The translations under genes were made by a program, and so were the position numbers. This document shows positions 46,980-54,968 of a stretch of DNA of 64,000 nt, one piece after another. The stretch's first letter is position 1; each line of letters starts with the position of its first letter. The DNA comes from a virus: the IMG/VR virus record IMGVR_UViG_3300021963_005267, positions 1 to 64,000 of that record. One strand, written 5' to 3'. The notes under the pieces were generated by a model that saw only the letters and a list, made by a program, of their open reading frames with translations, searched no databases and was not told the DNA's origin.

Positions 46980-47687
46980 ATGGAAACTATTATAGCAACG
47001 TTAGTGATGACGCACATCACAATAGTGTGCGTCACACTATACCTGCATCGTGGACAGGCTCATAGAGGCATAACCTTTAATTTTATATTTGAACATCTAA
47101 TACGTTTTTGGTTATGGCTTACTACTGGTATGGTCACAAAACAATGGGTGGCGATACATCGTAAGCATCACAGATTTAGTGATGAACAAGGCGACCCGCA
47201 TAGTCCGCACGTATACGGTATTTGGCGTGTGTTGTTTAAAGGTGCTGTATTATATCATACTGCAAGTAAAGATTCTGAAATGATTCAACAATACGGAGTT
47301 GGTACTCCAGACGATTGGATCGAACGTAATTTGTATACCCCACACAGTCGCTGGGGGATTCTCTTAATGTTGGTCATAGACCTTGTTCTTTTTGGACCTG
47401 TAGGACTAGTAGTTTGGGGTATACAAATGCTTTGGATTCCTTTCTGGGCCGCAGGAGTAATTAACGGCCTTGCTCATTGGTGGGGGTACCGCAATGGTGA
47501 AACAAAAGATAGATCTAGAAATATATTTCCTATTGGCATTATCATTGGTGGTGAATGCCTTCACAATAATCATCATCTTGAGCCTGCTAATCCCAAACTA
47601 AGTCGTCGCTGGTTTGAGTTTGACATAGGATGGATGTGGTTTAAAATCTTTAATTTATTAGGATTGGCTAAACTTAGAAATGTTTGA
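46980..47687 (+). CDS. Membrane acyl-CoA/fatty-acid desaturase (delta-9/DesA-like)
   Basis: Three His boxes: HRGQAH, HRKHH, HNNHH. Confidence 0.92.
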   Translation: METIIATLVMTHITIVCVTLYLHRGQAHRGITFNFIFEHLIRFWLWLTTGMVTKQWVAIHRKHHRFSDEQGDPHSPHVYGIWRVLFKGAVLYHTASKDSEMIQQYGVGTPDDWIERNLYTPHSRWGILLMLVIDLVLFGPVGLVVWGIQMLWIPFWAAGVINGLAHWWGYRNGETKDRSRNIFPIGIIIGGECLHNNHHLEPANPKLSRRWFEFDIGWMWFKIFNLLGLAKLRNV

Positions 47688-48303
47688 ACGTGTGCCTGAG
47701 CCAGAGCTGATGCTGGACAAAGAACAGTGTGAGACATACAATCAAGAGTTCATAGACGATCAATCAATAGTAGAAGATTTCGTTAACTCCTACAAACAAT
47801 GCATAGGACTTGATCAAGGGTCTGTTGTTGATCTAGGGTCCGGATCTTGTAACTTTATTATTGCACTGGCTAACGCCTACCCAGGTTTAACTTTTACCTG
47901 TTATGAAGCCAGCGATGAAATGATAAAGATAGCAACAAACAACATAAGGTCTGCAGGGCTGGCCGACAGAATACAACTAGTACAACAAGACTTCTTTAAC
48001 GCCACTGGACAATTTGATGTAGCAATTGCTAACAGAGTATTACATCACGTAAACGATACAGAAAGTTTTTGGAATCTAATTTCTAAACTAGGAAGCAAAG
48101 TCTTAGTATGTGATTTGGAAAGACCTTATACTTCGGAATTCTTAAACTATACCCTTCCTGCAGATTTTATTAATTCTTTAAAATCTGCATACACTGTGCC
48201 GGAAGTATCGGATCAAATAGTTAATTACGATTACACCATAGAGAAGAAATCGTTACCAGCTGATCTGTCCAGATTCACAGTGTTTACCAAAAAAGATAAG
48301 TAA
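47680..48303 (+). CDS. Class I SAM-dependent methyltransferase
   Basis: RVPEPELM, VVDLGSGS, VLHH, DLERP. Confidence 0.85.
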   Translation: MFERVPEPELMLDKEQCETYNQEFIDDQSIVEDFVNSYKQCIGLDQGSVVDLGSGSCNFIIALANAYPGLTFTCYEASDEMIKIATNNIRSAGLADRIQLVQQDFFNATGQFDVAIANRVLHHVNDTESFWNLISKLGSKVLVCDLERPYTSEFLNYTLPADFINSLKSAYTVPEVSDQIVNYDYTIEKKSLPADLSRFTVFTKKDK

Positions 48304-49000
48304 CATCGCCTTTGACTACTGCGTAGGCCTGCAGGGTCATTCGTTGATCTTTAGTCCCATTAATATCTGCGTGTCCTACTCTGTGCAGTATCTTTTTTGT
48401 TTGTATCAACAAAGATCCTTGTGTGTAATGCACAGTTTGAAATTCTTTTAATTTACAATCAGGATTACCGCAATCGTCTCCGAGCAAATCGTGATGATTC
48501 TCACACAGCGGAGTTTCTGGTGCGTTTCGATCTGAAGTAAATTCCGCTTCTGTTTCTGGAAAATAATCGAAGCTAGACTCTGATCCAGAGATCATTAGTC
48601 CTAGTACATAGTATCGATCAAAGTATGTATCAAACTTATCGTAATCCGGAAACTCTACATTGTAAGGGTATCTAATTAAGATCTTGTCATAGTGCCATAC
48701 ACAGGGTCTATTGGAAAAATCTCTTTCTATTATCTGAAATCCTGGACGAGCAAGGTATTGGCAGAATCTAACTTCTTTTTGAAAAAGTGATGATACTTTT
48801 TTACAGAATAAATCAACGGTAGCAAAACTGTATGTGTTATTGTTTAGATAGCTGTCGTTTTGATTTCTTAAATAGCTGTTGCCCAACACAAACATATCTG
48901 TGTCCGGACATCGGATCCACTTATCTTTATGTTCTGTTATTTCTTTTGCAGCATCTGTGCATTCTTGTGCAGTAAAGAAATTTTCTATTAGGTTGATCAT
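48284..49000 (-). CDS. Putative 2OG-Fe(II) oxygenase-like protein
   Basis: PGFQI...WHYD...Y..GSL...LHRV...RMTLQ (HxD...H...R). Confidence 0.6.
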   Translation of the reverse strand: MINLIENFFTAQECTDAAKEITEHKDKWIRCPDTDMFVLGNSYLRNQNDSYLNNNTYSFATVDLFCKKVSSLFQKEVRFCQYLARPGFQIIERDFSNRPCVWHYDKILIRYPYNVEFPDYDKFDTYFDRYYVLGLMISGSESSFDYFPETEAEFTSDRNAPETPLCENHHDLLGDDCGNPDCKLKEFQTVHYTQGSLLIQTKKILHRVGHADINGTKDQRMTLQAYAVVKGDVTYLFW

Positions 49001-49015
49001 ACCCTATTTAACAGA

Positions 49016-49035
49016 AAGCCCCCTTGCGGGGGCTT
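49016..49035 (-). terminator. Rho-independent terminator
   Basis: Minus strand AAGCCCCC-GCAA-GGGGGCTT followed by TCTGTT, downstream of the small-ORF cluster. Confidence 0.7.
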
Positions 49036-49066
49036 ATTCTTATCATATACGCTCTATGAGCTTATA

Positions 49067-49336
49067 TTATTTCTTCACGCCGGCATTAACAAATGAGTAC
49101 ATTTTTTCGGCGGCTTCTAATACTTTATCGACACCTGGATATTCAGGCATACTAACTGTTGTTACGATCTGACCAGTCTTCTCATCACGAGAAGCAGTCA
49201 TTTCCCAACCGTGTAACTTAGCGTGGAATTCACCCTGGATGTGATCCTTAGCCAATGCTAAGATGTCGGCACGGATTTCGTAACCGTTTTTATTAAATTT
49301 AACTTCTGGTAGTTTAGGTGTTTCAAATTGTGACAT
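49067..49336 (-). CDS. Hypothetical protein
   Basis: SD AAGGAG; NKNGYEIRADIL...AEKMYSFV. Confidence 0.8.
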   Translation of the reverse strand: MSQFETPKLPEVKFNKNGYEIRADILALAKDHIQGEFHAKLHGWEMTASRDEKTGQIVTTVSMPEYPGVDKVLEAAEKMYSFVNAGVKK

Positions 49337-49365
49337 AATGTTTTCTCCTTTGTGTGTATGTCTGT

Positions 49366-49596
49366 TTAAGCCTTAGAGCTGGCTTCTGCTTTCTTTGGAA
49401 ACAGTACCTTGGATACTGATTCTACGGAATACTTAGTCATGTCGATAGTGTTGTTAACAGCCATCTTGGCAAATTGTGTTTGCGCATCAATGTATGCGTG
49501 GGCTGCTTTGTTTAAAGAGGGATCTTTAAAAATCTGATCAGTGATGATCTTTTTAGTAGTTTGAAAACTATCGATGTAAAAGTGTGGTGTAAACAT
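49366..49596 (-). CDS. Small helical protein, phasin-like (tentative)
   Basis: Start ATG 49596 with SD AGGAG; amphipathic helix pattern YIDAQTQFAKMAVNNT. Confidence 0.5.
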   Translation of the reverse strand: MFTPHFYIDSFQTTKKIITDQIFKDPSLNKAAHAYIDAQTQFAKMAVNNTIDMTKYSVESVSKVLFPKKAEASSKA

Positions 49597-49627
49597 AAAA
49601 TTCTCCTGTGTGTTTAGTATGTGTAAC

Positions 49628-49657
49628 ATTATATATCTCTATCCTATGTAAATGCAA
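49628..49657 (-). promoter_or_regulatory. sigma70-type promoter
   Basis: TTGCAT-18-TATAAT. Confidence 0.6.
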
Positions 49658-49672
49658 CTATATATGGCTAAA

Positions 49673-49792
49673 TCAGTCTCTTAACATCAACTGTTTAGCT
49701 AGGTCTGGATGACCTCTTCTTGCTAATTCCGCCGCTGCTCTGGCTCTGCCCATCGATTCAAAGAACGCCTTGATGTAAGACAACAAGTTCAT
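49673..49792 (-). CDS. Small protein (39 aa)
   Basis: MNLLSYIKAFFESMGRARAAAELARRGHPDLAKQLMLRD; ATGA-coupled to the upstream ORF. Confidence 0.65.
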   Translation of the reverse strand: MNLLSYIKAFFESMGRARAAAELARRGHPDLAKQLMLRD

Positions 49793-49971
49793 AGCATAAA
49801 TCCTCTCTGTTTGTCGTAGCCGTATTGAACACTCCAGTGTTCTACATCTGCGGCACTCTGTGGGTACTTCGATAGGATGTAGCGTTCTAGTTCGCTTTGA
49901 TAGTGTTGCTTTGGGAACATCTCTGCTAGCCGCTCTAAAAGCAATAGCATTTTTTCTGATAATTGTTTCAT
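49789..49971 (-). CDS. Small protein (DUF3563-like, tentative)
   Basis: SD GAGGA; ELERYI...PQSAADVEHW. Confidence 0.6.
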   Translation of the reverse strand: MKQLSEKMLLLLERLAEMFPKQHYQSELERYILSKYPQSAADVEHWSVQYGYDKQRGFML

Positions 49972-50102
49972 TGTGTTATCCTCTGTATGTGTGTAGACTC
50001 AGTGTTTCTACTGATTTATTTATGCTGCGATCGCACGAACTCTAAATAATTTTGGACATCAGAAATGATTTAAGGTAAATACTACATTAGATAATTACAT
50101 TT

Positions 50103-50372
50103 ATGAAACTAAGCACTCGATCAATACTTCAAGAACTTAACTCGATTGCCGAGGTAAGGCACACTGATTCTGTGTTTGAAAGCAGGGCAGTTAATATCAT
50201 TAACTCTGCGATCAACCTTATAGAATCTATGAAGAAGCACTATACAGCTGAAGAAGCAGATGAGCTAGAGCGCAGACTGTTGAATTCTATCAAAGGGCAG
50301 GATGCTGCCAAATTTACCCGAGGCATACGTAAAGTTGCCGAAGATCGCAAATCCCGCAAAAAAATGGTCTAA
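50103..50372 (+). CDS. Hypothetical phage protein
   Basis: 89 aa after TAAATA. Confidence 0.75.
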   Translation: MKLSTRSILQELNSIAEVRHTDSVFESRAVNIINSAINLIESMKKHYTAEEADELERRLLNSIKGQDAAKFTRGIRKVAEDRKSRKKMV

Positions 50373-50448
50373 GACCCTGGTTCTCCAATAATCGGATAAA
50401 TAACTATGGCGACCTCTGAGCGAGGTTATTTAAAAGGAGAACTTTATC

Positions 50449-50823
50449 ATGCCAAATACATATTCAGATCTAACAAGCGAAACAGTTGCAGCCAATTATG
50501 GCAAGCACGTTATCAACCAAGCTGACGTAGGCCGCGAGCTTATCGTTAAAGTTGCACTAACAAACATGACCAATGCAAACGTTACATCAATCCGTAACGC
50601 AATCACTCTACCAGGTGGTTCTGGTGGTACTTTACCAGCTAACACTGGTGATGCATTCACTGTAGCAGCTATCGGTACAGCAGATGGTTCAGCTTTTGTA
50701 AGCGGTACCACTGACGTTATCTATATGCGTGTACAAGGTACTGGTACATTTGACACAACAGACGCAGCAGCAGGCACAGGTGCTACTGTTACCGTTGAGG
50801 CAGTGTTTACACCAGCAATGTAA
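50449..50823 (+). CDS. Putative abundant small virion protein
   Basis: Late promoter, strong SD AAAGGAGA, Ala/Thr/Gly-rich, own terminator. Confidence 0.75.
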   Translation: MPNTYSDLTSETVAANYGKHVINQADVGRELIVKVALTNMTNANVTSIRNAITLPGGSGGTLPANTGDAFTVAAIGTADGSAFVSGTTDVIYMRVQGTGTFDTTDAAAGTGATVTVEAVFTPAM

Positions 50824-50845
50824 TTTTCCTAGGGATGGGAAGATG

Positions 50846-50871
50846 AGGGCGGATTTATTCCGCCCTTTTTT
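50846..50871 (+). terminator. Rho-independent terminator
   Basis: AGGGCGGA-TTTAT-TCCGCCCT followed by a T-run. Confidence 0.85.
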
Positions 50872-50895
50872 GTTGGCCATAAATAGTAGCACATT

Positions 50896-51303
50896 ATGGC
50901 ACGATACACTGTAATCACTTTTGTAGATATCACACGGACCAATCCCACAAGGTCCGAGACTGATAAACTTAAACTAGCACAACAATCAAACTTCAATAGT
51001 TTGTTGCAGGCCATTGGTCTTAGATCCAATGTCAATTGGGAAGAAGATCCTAAAAAATTATCTGGGTGCTATCACAGTGTGTTTGAAGGCAAAGCCAATC
51101 ATTGGGTTTGGACATTCGATACTGAACGTGATGATGTATTCTTGCAAGACGATGATCCTGTAGCACTATTAGTAGAAGACCTACACGGAGTACCCATAAT
51201 AGATCAATTAGAAAATACAGTAGATATCTACCCTGCGGTGTTTAAAACTCGAGGTGACGACATCAACACCTGGATCAAAATACCATTCGATATAAATAGT
51301 TGA
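50896..51303 (+). CDS. Hypothetical protein
   Basis: 135 aa after ATAAATA. Confidence 0.75.
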   Translation: MARYTVITFVDITRTNPTRSETDKLKLAQQSNFNSLLQAIGLRSNVNWEEDPKKLSGCYHSVFEGKANHWVWTFDTERDDVFLQDDDPVALLVEDLHGVPIIDQLENTVDIYPAVFKTRGDDINTWIKIPFDINS

Positions 51304-51386
51304 TACAGGCAAACATTTTAGGCATTCTTAACTTAGGCACATGTCCATAACGGACCTTGACTTAACATACAGGAGAACGGCCTAGA

Positions 51387-51776
51387 ATGGCTAGAGTAAC
51401 AGCACTGCAACCAGTCGCGGAGCGAGTAAGCGTACTGGAGACTAAAGTTGAAAACATAGACGAAAAACTCGACGATCTCAAAGCAGACGTTAAAGATATG
51501 CACGATTGTTTAGATCGTACTAGAGATTTGATTGATACTAAGCTCGATAATATGTTAGATGAGTATCGCATCAATAGGGACAAGTTTTACGAGCATGCCG
51601 ACAAGCTCAACTCAGAGCAGACTGCACAGCACAACGAACTTGCAGCTAAATTATCGGAGTTAGAAAAGGTCAAGCACAAATTTATGTTGTACGCTATGGC
51701 TGGATTAGCATTTGCAGCCGGCGCTGGATGGATCAATCATTTGGATCTAGATAAGCTAGTCAAATTCTTTTTATAA
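51387..51776 (+). CDS. Coiled-coil protein with C-terminal transmembrane segment (XhlA/holin-like architecture)
   Basis: Heptad repeats followed by FMLYAMAGLAFAAGAGWI; SD AGGAG. Confidence 0.65.
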   Translation: MARVTALQPVAERVSVLETKVENIDEKLDDLKADVKDMHDCLDRTRDLIDTKLDNMLDEYRINRDKFYEHADKLNSEQTAQHNELAAKLSELEKVKHKFMLYAMAGLAFAAGAGWINHLDLDKLVKFFL

Positions 51777-51819
51777 TATAATAACAACATTTAAATAAAG
51801 GAACCCCGGTTCCTTTTTT

Positions 51820-52260
51820 ATGTCCAATATAAACCGTAATCTTAAAACGGTAATTGAAAACACCCATAAGAGGCTGTACGAAAATTACCAAATAATGCCT
51901 GTGAAAACAGAACAGGGCATTCTGGTAGGTACGGTTTTGATAGTCAGCAACGAATCGGTAAAAGATCTTTACCTTAAAGAACAACTGGTTTACAAAGATG
52001 TAAGTCTAAATCAGGTAGTCATAAGATTAGCTAACATATTAGCCAAGGACGGGAAAACTGCTAGGGCTGATGTGATATATAGGGCAGATCAGGAGTATGG
52101 CAAGTTCCTAACAGAAAGCCAACTATTACGTAGACAGTATCAAAAATCTCGAGAATCACAAGATCACGATAGGGCTGATATGCTATTAGCCCGGTACTGC
52201 ACAGCCCGCGACAAAGCCCTATCAGCTAAAAAACAAGTTTTGTCTTTGGTCGCGTTCTGA
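51820..52260 (+). CDS. Hypothetical protein
   Basis: 146-aa ORF in a co-oriented run. Confidence 0.7.
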   Translation: MSNINRNLKTVIENTHKRLYENYQIMPVKTEQGILVGTVLIVSNESVKDLYLKEQLVYKDVSLNQVVIRLANILAKDGKTARADVIYRADQEYGKFLTESQLLRRQYQKSRESQDHDRADMLLARYCTARDKALSAKKQVLSLVAF

Positions 52261-52291
52261 ATAAATATACAATAATTCTGGATTTATAAAC

Positions 52292-53353
52292 ATGAAAACA
52301 TTTCAAATATTAACTAGAACTTCCAGCAAGCAGATGAACGAATCGTTTGAAAAAACGTTCGGATCCAAGCTAAATCTAGAAGGTTTCAGCTTGACTCAGC
52401 TAGAAGATGCTAGAAATAGGCTACGCACAAAGATCAGCCAGGTACGTGCAGAAGCAAACTTTAACGAAACAATCGAAAACGAAGATGTAACTAAAACACA
52501 GTGGATGTTAGACATCATCAACAAAGAGATTTCAGAAAGAACTGAACAACAGGTTGATGAGTCCGATCCTGCAGAAATGTTCAAAGGCATCGACATCGGA
52601 GAAGCTTCGCCAGGCGATGACGACGATATGGCAAAAGATACCGATTACGATGATAAGGATTCAGAGTATGACGACGAGGACGGAGAACCTCGAGGATCAT
52701 ATGACAGCAGCGATGATGCAGAAGCCCTAGCATCTGCAGGTTTTGGATCGGATGAAGACTATGGGCATTACGGCGATGACGAATCGTTTGGAATATATGA
52801 CAGTTACGATTTTAATACTGGACAACCAATTGGAGAAAGCATGAAAAAAATCAACGAAAGTGAATTAAACAAAGCATCCGCTGTTGTTTCTGCAAAGAGC
52901 ATGGTGGACAAAGTAAGCCGCTGGATCGAAGAACTAGCAGGCATGGAGAATGACACCCTACTAACACTAGGTGATAGTATCCGTGATGAAATGGGACAGG
53001 AACAGGCCAAACAGTTTTTAAGCACTGTTGCTCCTTCTATCCAAGCAGCATTAGATACACTAAAGACTGCTCGTGAAACGATGGCTTCTGGTGTAAGAGG
53101 ACTGACAGGTGAAGAACAATCTGCAGAAATGATTGGCGCAGAACCAGAAGGCGGAATGGGTGCAGAGCCAGCAGCTGATTCAATGGCTGATGCTGGTGCC
53201 GATTCAATGAATGATGCTGATGCTGCGAACAATGCAGAACTAGACAACTTTGCGGCAGCAGAACCAGCAGCAGGTGGACTAGAGGCAGCTGGACGTGAGA
53301 AGCGTGAAAGCATCAATCGTCAAACTCGTTTAATGAACATTCTGGCAGGCTAA
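52292..53353 (+). CDS. Acidic prohead core/scaffold-like protein
   Basis: Very acidic, helical, repeated (I/M)NES motifs; late promoter upstream. Confidence 0.6.
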   Translation: MKTFQILTRTSSKQMNESFEKTFGSKLNLEGFSLTQLEDARNRLRTKISQVRAEANFNETIENEDVTKTQWMLDIINKEISERTEQQVDESDPAEMFKGIDIGEASPGDDDDMAKDTDYDDKDSEYDDEDGEPRGSYDSSDDAEALASAGFGSDEDYGHYGDDESFGIYDSYDFNTGQPIGESMKKINESELNKASAVVSAKSMVDKVSRWIEELAGMENDTLLTLGDSIRDEMGQEQAKQFLSTVAPSIQAALDTLKTARETMASGVRGLTGEEQSAEMIGAEPEGGMGAEPAADSMADAGADSMNDADAANNAELDNFAAAEPAAGGLEAAGREKRESINRQTRLMNILAG

Positions 53354-53844
53354 TGAGACTAGACGAAATTGTTTCCGAAAAGGAACGCCAACAGTTAGAT
53401 GAGATATTACCTGCGTTAGCAGCTGGTGCTGCCATTGCAGGTAGAGTAGCGTTAGGCGGTGCTCAACTAGTTGGTAGAGGTGCTATGGCAGCTGGTCGAG
53501 CAGTAGGTAGCCTAGCAGCTCGAGGCGCTAATGCCTTGGGGCAGGCAGTTAAATCTGGTGCCCAAGCAGCAGGCCAAGCAGTTAAGACTGGAGCACAAAA
53601 CGCTGCTACCAATGTAGCCAAAGGTGCAAGCCAGCTAGGTCAACAAGTAGGTAAAGCCGCAGCAACGTCAAACATGGCACAGGCTGTAGCAGGTGGCAGT
53701 GCATCGTCTGAACTGGATAAAAAACAAAAAGAGTTAGACGATAGAGAACAGGCAATACAACAAACAACACAGCAACAACAGATTCAGATGCAGCAATTAC
53801 AAAAAGCTTTAGATGACTTCAAAAAACAAACAGGCCTAAAATGA
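53353..53844 (+). CDS. Ala/Gly/Gln-rich putative internal protein
   Basis: MRLDEIVSE...QLDEILP N-terminus. Confidence 0.7.
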   Translation: MRLDEIVSEKERQQLDEILPALAAGAAIAGRVALGGAQLVGRGAMAAGRAVGSLAARGANALGQAVKSGAQAAGQAVKTGAQNAATNVAKGASQLGQQVGKAAATSNMAQAVAGGSASSELDKKQKELDDREQAIQQTTQQQQIQMQQLQKALDDFKKQTGLK

Positions 53845-54236
53845 GATTTAAAGAATTTGCACCAATCTTTGAAGCTGATGCAGTTGCTGGTGATCAGTTC
53901 GTTCTAGCATTGAATAACTACATTAACACAGCAGCTTTAAAAGACAAAGAACAGGGACTTCCTATGAAGTTCAACTGGAAAGGTTTTGCTAACCTAATGA
54001 AGCATTATGGTTACGAAATGGCAGCAGATTACGAAACATTCAAAGTCATCTATGACGGCTCTCCAGAAGCTGTTAAGGCTAAGATCAAAGACTTCAATCG
54101 TGATTATATCGAATTAGAAGTACCCGGCATAACTAATGATAACCCAGAGTTAGCTCCAGGTCAGGATTCGCAAAACGCGGTTAACCAAATGGCCGCAAAA
54201 GCAGCCGATAAACAGTTGAAACAAGCAGCCGCTTGA
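53841..54236 (+). CDS. Putative internal head protein
   Basis: MRFKEFAPIFEA N-terminus. Confidence 0.7.
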   Translation: MRFKEFAPIFEADAVAGDQFVLALNNYINTAALKDKEQGLPMKFNWKGFANLMKHYGYEMAADYETFKVIYDGSPEAVKAKIKDFNRDYIELEVPGITNDNPELAPGQDSQNAVNQMAAKAADKQLKQAAA

Positions 54237-54269
54237 TGCTAAACTGTTTGATATAATCAAACAATAATT

Positions 54270-54944
54270 ATGACACTACTCGTAGACAAATACAAATACC
54301 CCGCCACCACACGCGAAACAATCGATGGTAAGAGACATTATGTTTCAGAAGGCTTAGATCCTGTACCTAGCGTTACAACTATCTTAGATTCCACAAAAGA
54401 TAAAACTTTTCTTATAGCCTGGAGAAAACGGGTAGGAGAAGAAAAAGCTAGACAAATTACTACTGAAGCAGCAGGTGTGGGCACTTCAATGCATACTTAC
54501 TTAGAAAAGTATGTCAAGGGTGAAACTATTAAAGCAGGCTCTAATCACGTACATCAGCAGGGCTTTAAAATGGCTGAAATAGTTATAGCCAAAGGACTAA
54601 GTCAAGTCAATGAACTTTGGGGCAGTGAAGTTAGCCTTTACTACCCGGGTTTATACGCAGGAACTACTGACGGAGTTGGTGTCTTTAACGGTAACCCTGC
54701 TATCATTGACTTCAAGCAAACTAACAAACCTAAGAAAGAAGAATGGGTTGAAGATTACTACCTACAGTTGGTAGCATACGCAATGGCCCATAACGAGATG
54801 CACGGAACAGATATCCGTGAAGGGCACGTTTTAATGTGTTCTAGAGATCTAGAATATCAACAGTTCGATTTAACCCCAAATCGCTGGAATGAGTACCAGG
54901 ACAAGTGGTTAGCAAGGGTTGAACAATACTATGCTAGCAGATAA
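54270..54944 (+). CDS. PD-(D/E)XK exonuclease (T4-like phage / MGME1-like)
   Basis: PSVTTIL, WRKRVG, GT.MH..LE, YAGTTD, IIDFKQ, Y.LQL.AY. Confidence 0.9.
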   Translation: MTLLVDKYKYPATTRETIDGKRHYVSEGLDPVPSVTTILDSTKDKTFLIAWRKRVGEEKARQITTEAAGVGTSMHTYLEKYVKGETIKAGSNHVHQQGFKMAEIVIAKGLSQVNELWGSEVSLYYPGLYAGTTDGVGVFNGNPAIIDFKQTNKPKKEEWVEDYYLQLVAYAMAHNEMHGTDIREGHVLMCSRDLEYQQFDLTPNRWNEYQDKWLARVEQYYASR

Positions 54945-54968
54945 ATACCCAATAACGGGAAATTATCT

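Noticed and set aside
14145-47687. Bacterial chromosome or prophage-flank origin for hemA, clpP, aceA and the desaturase
   Set aside because: Each is interspersed among phage genes and most follow the phage late-type motif; there is no host operon context or integrase.
51797-51819. Hairpin AAAGGAACC-CC-GGTTCCTTTTTT as a confident terminator
   Set aside because: It lies just downstream of a TAAATA and immediately before an ATG, so terminator versus leader structure cannot be decided from sequence alone.
54270-54944. Cas4 call
   Set aside because: No four-cysteine Fe-S motif and no CRISPR context; it matches the ordinary phage PD-(D/E)XK exonuclease pattern.
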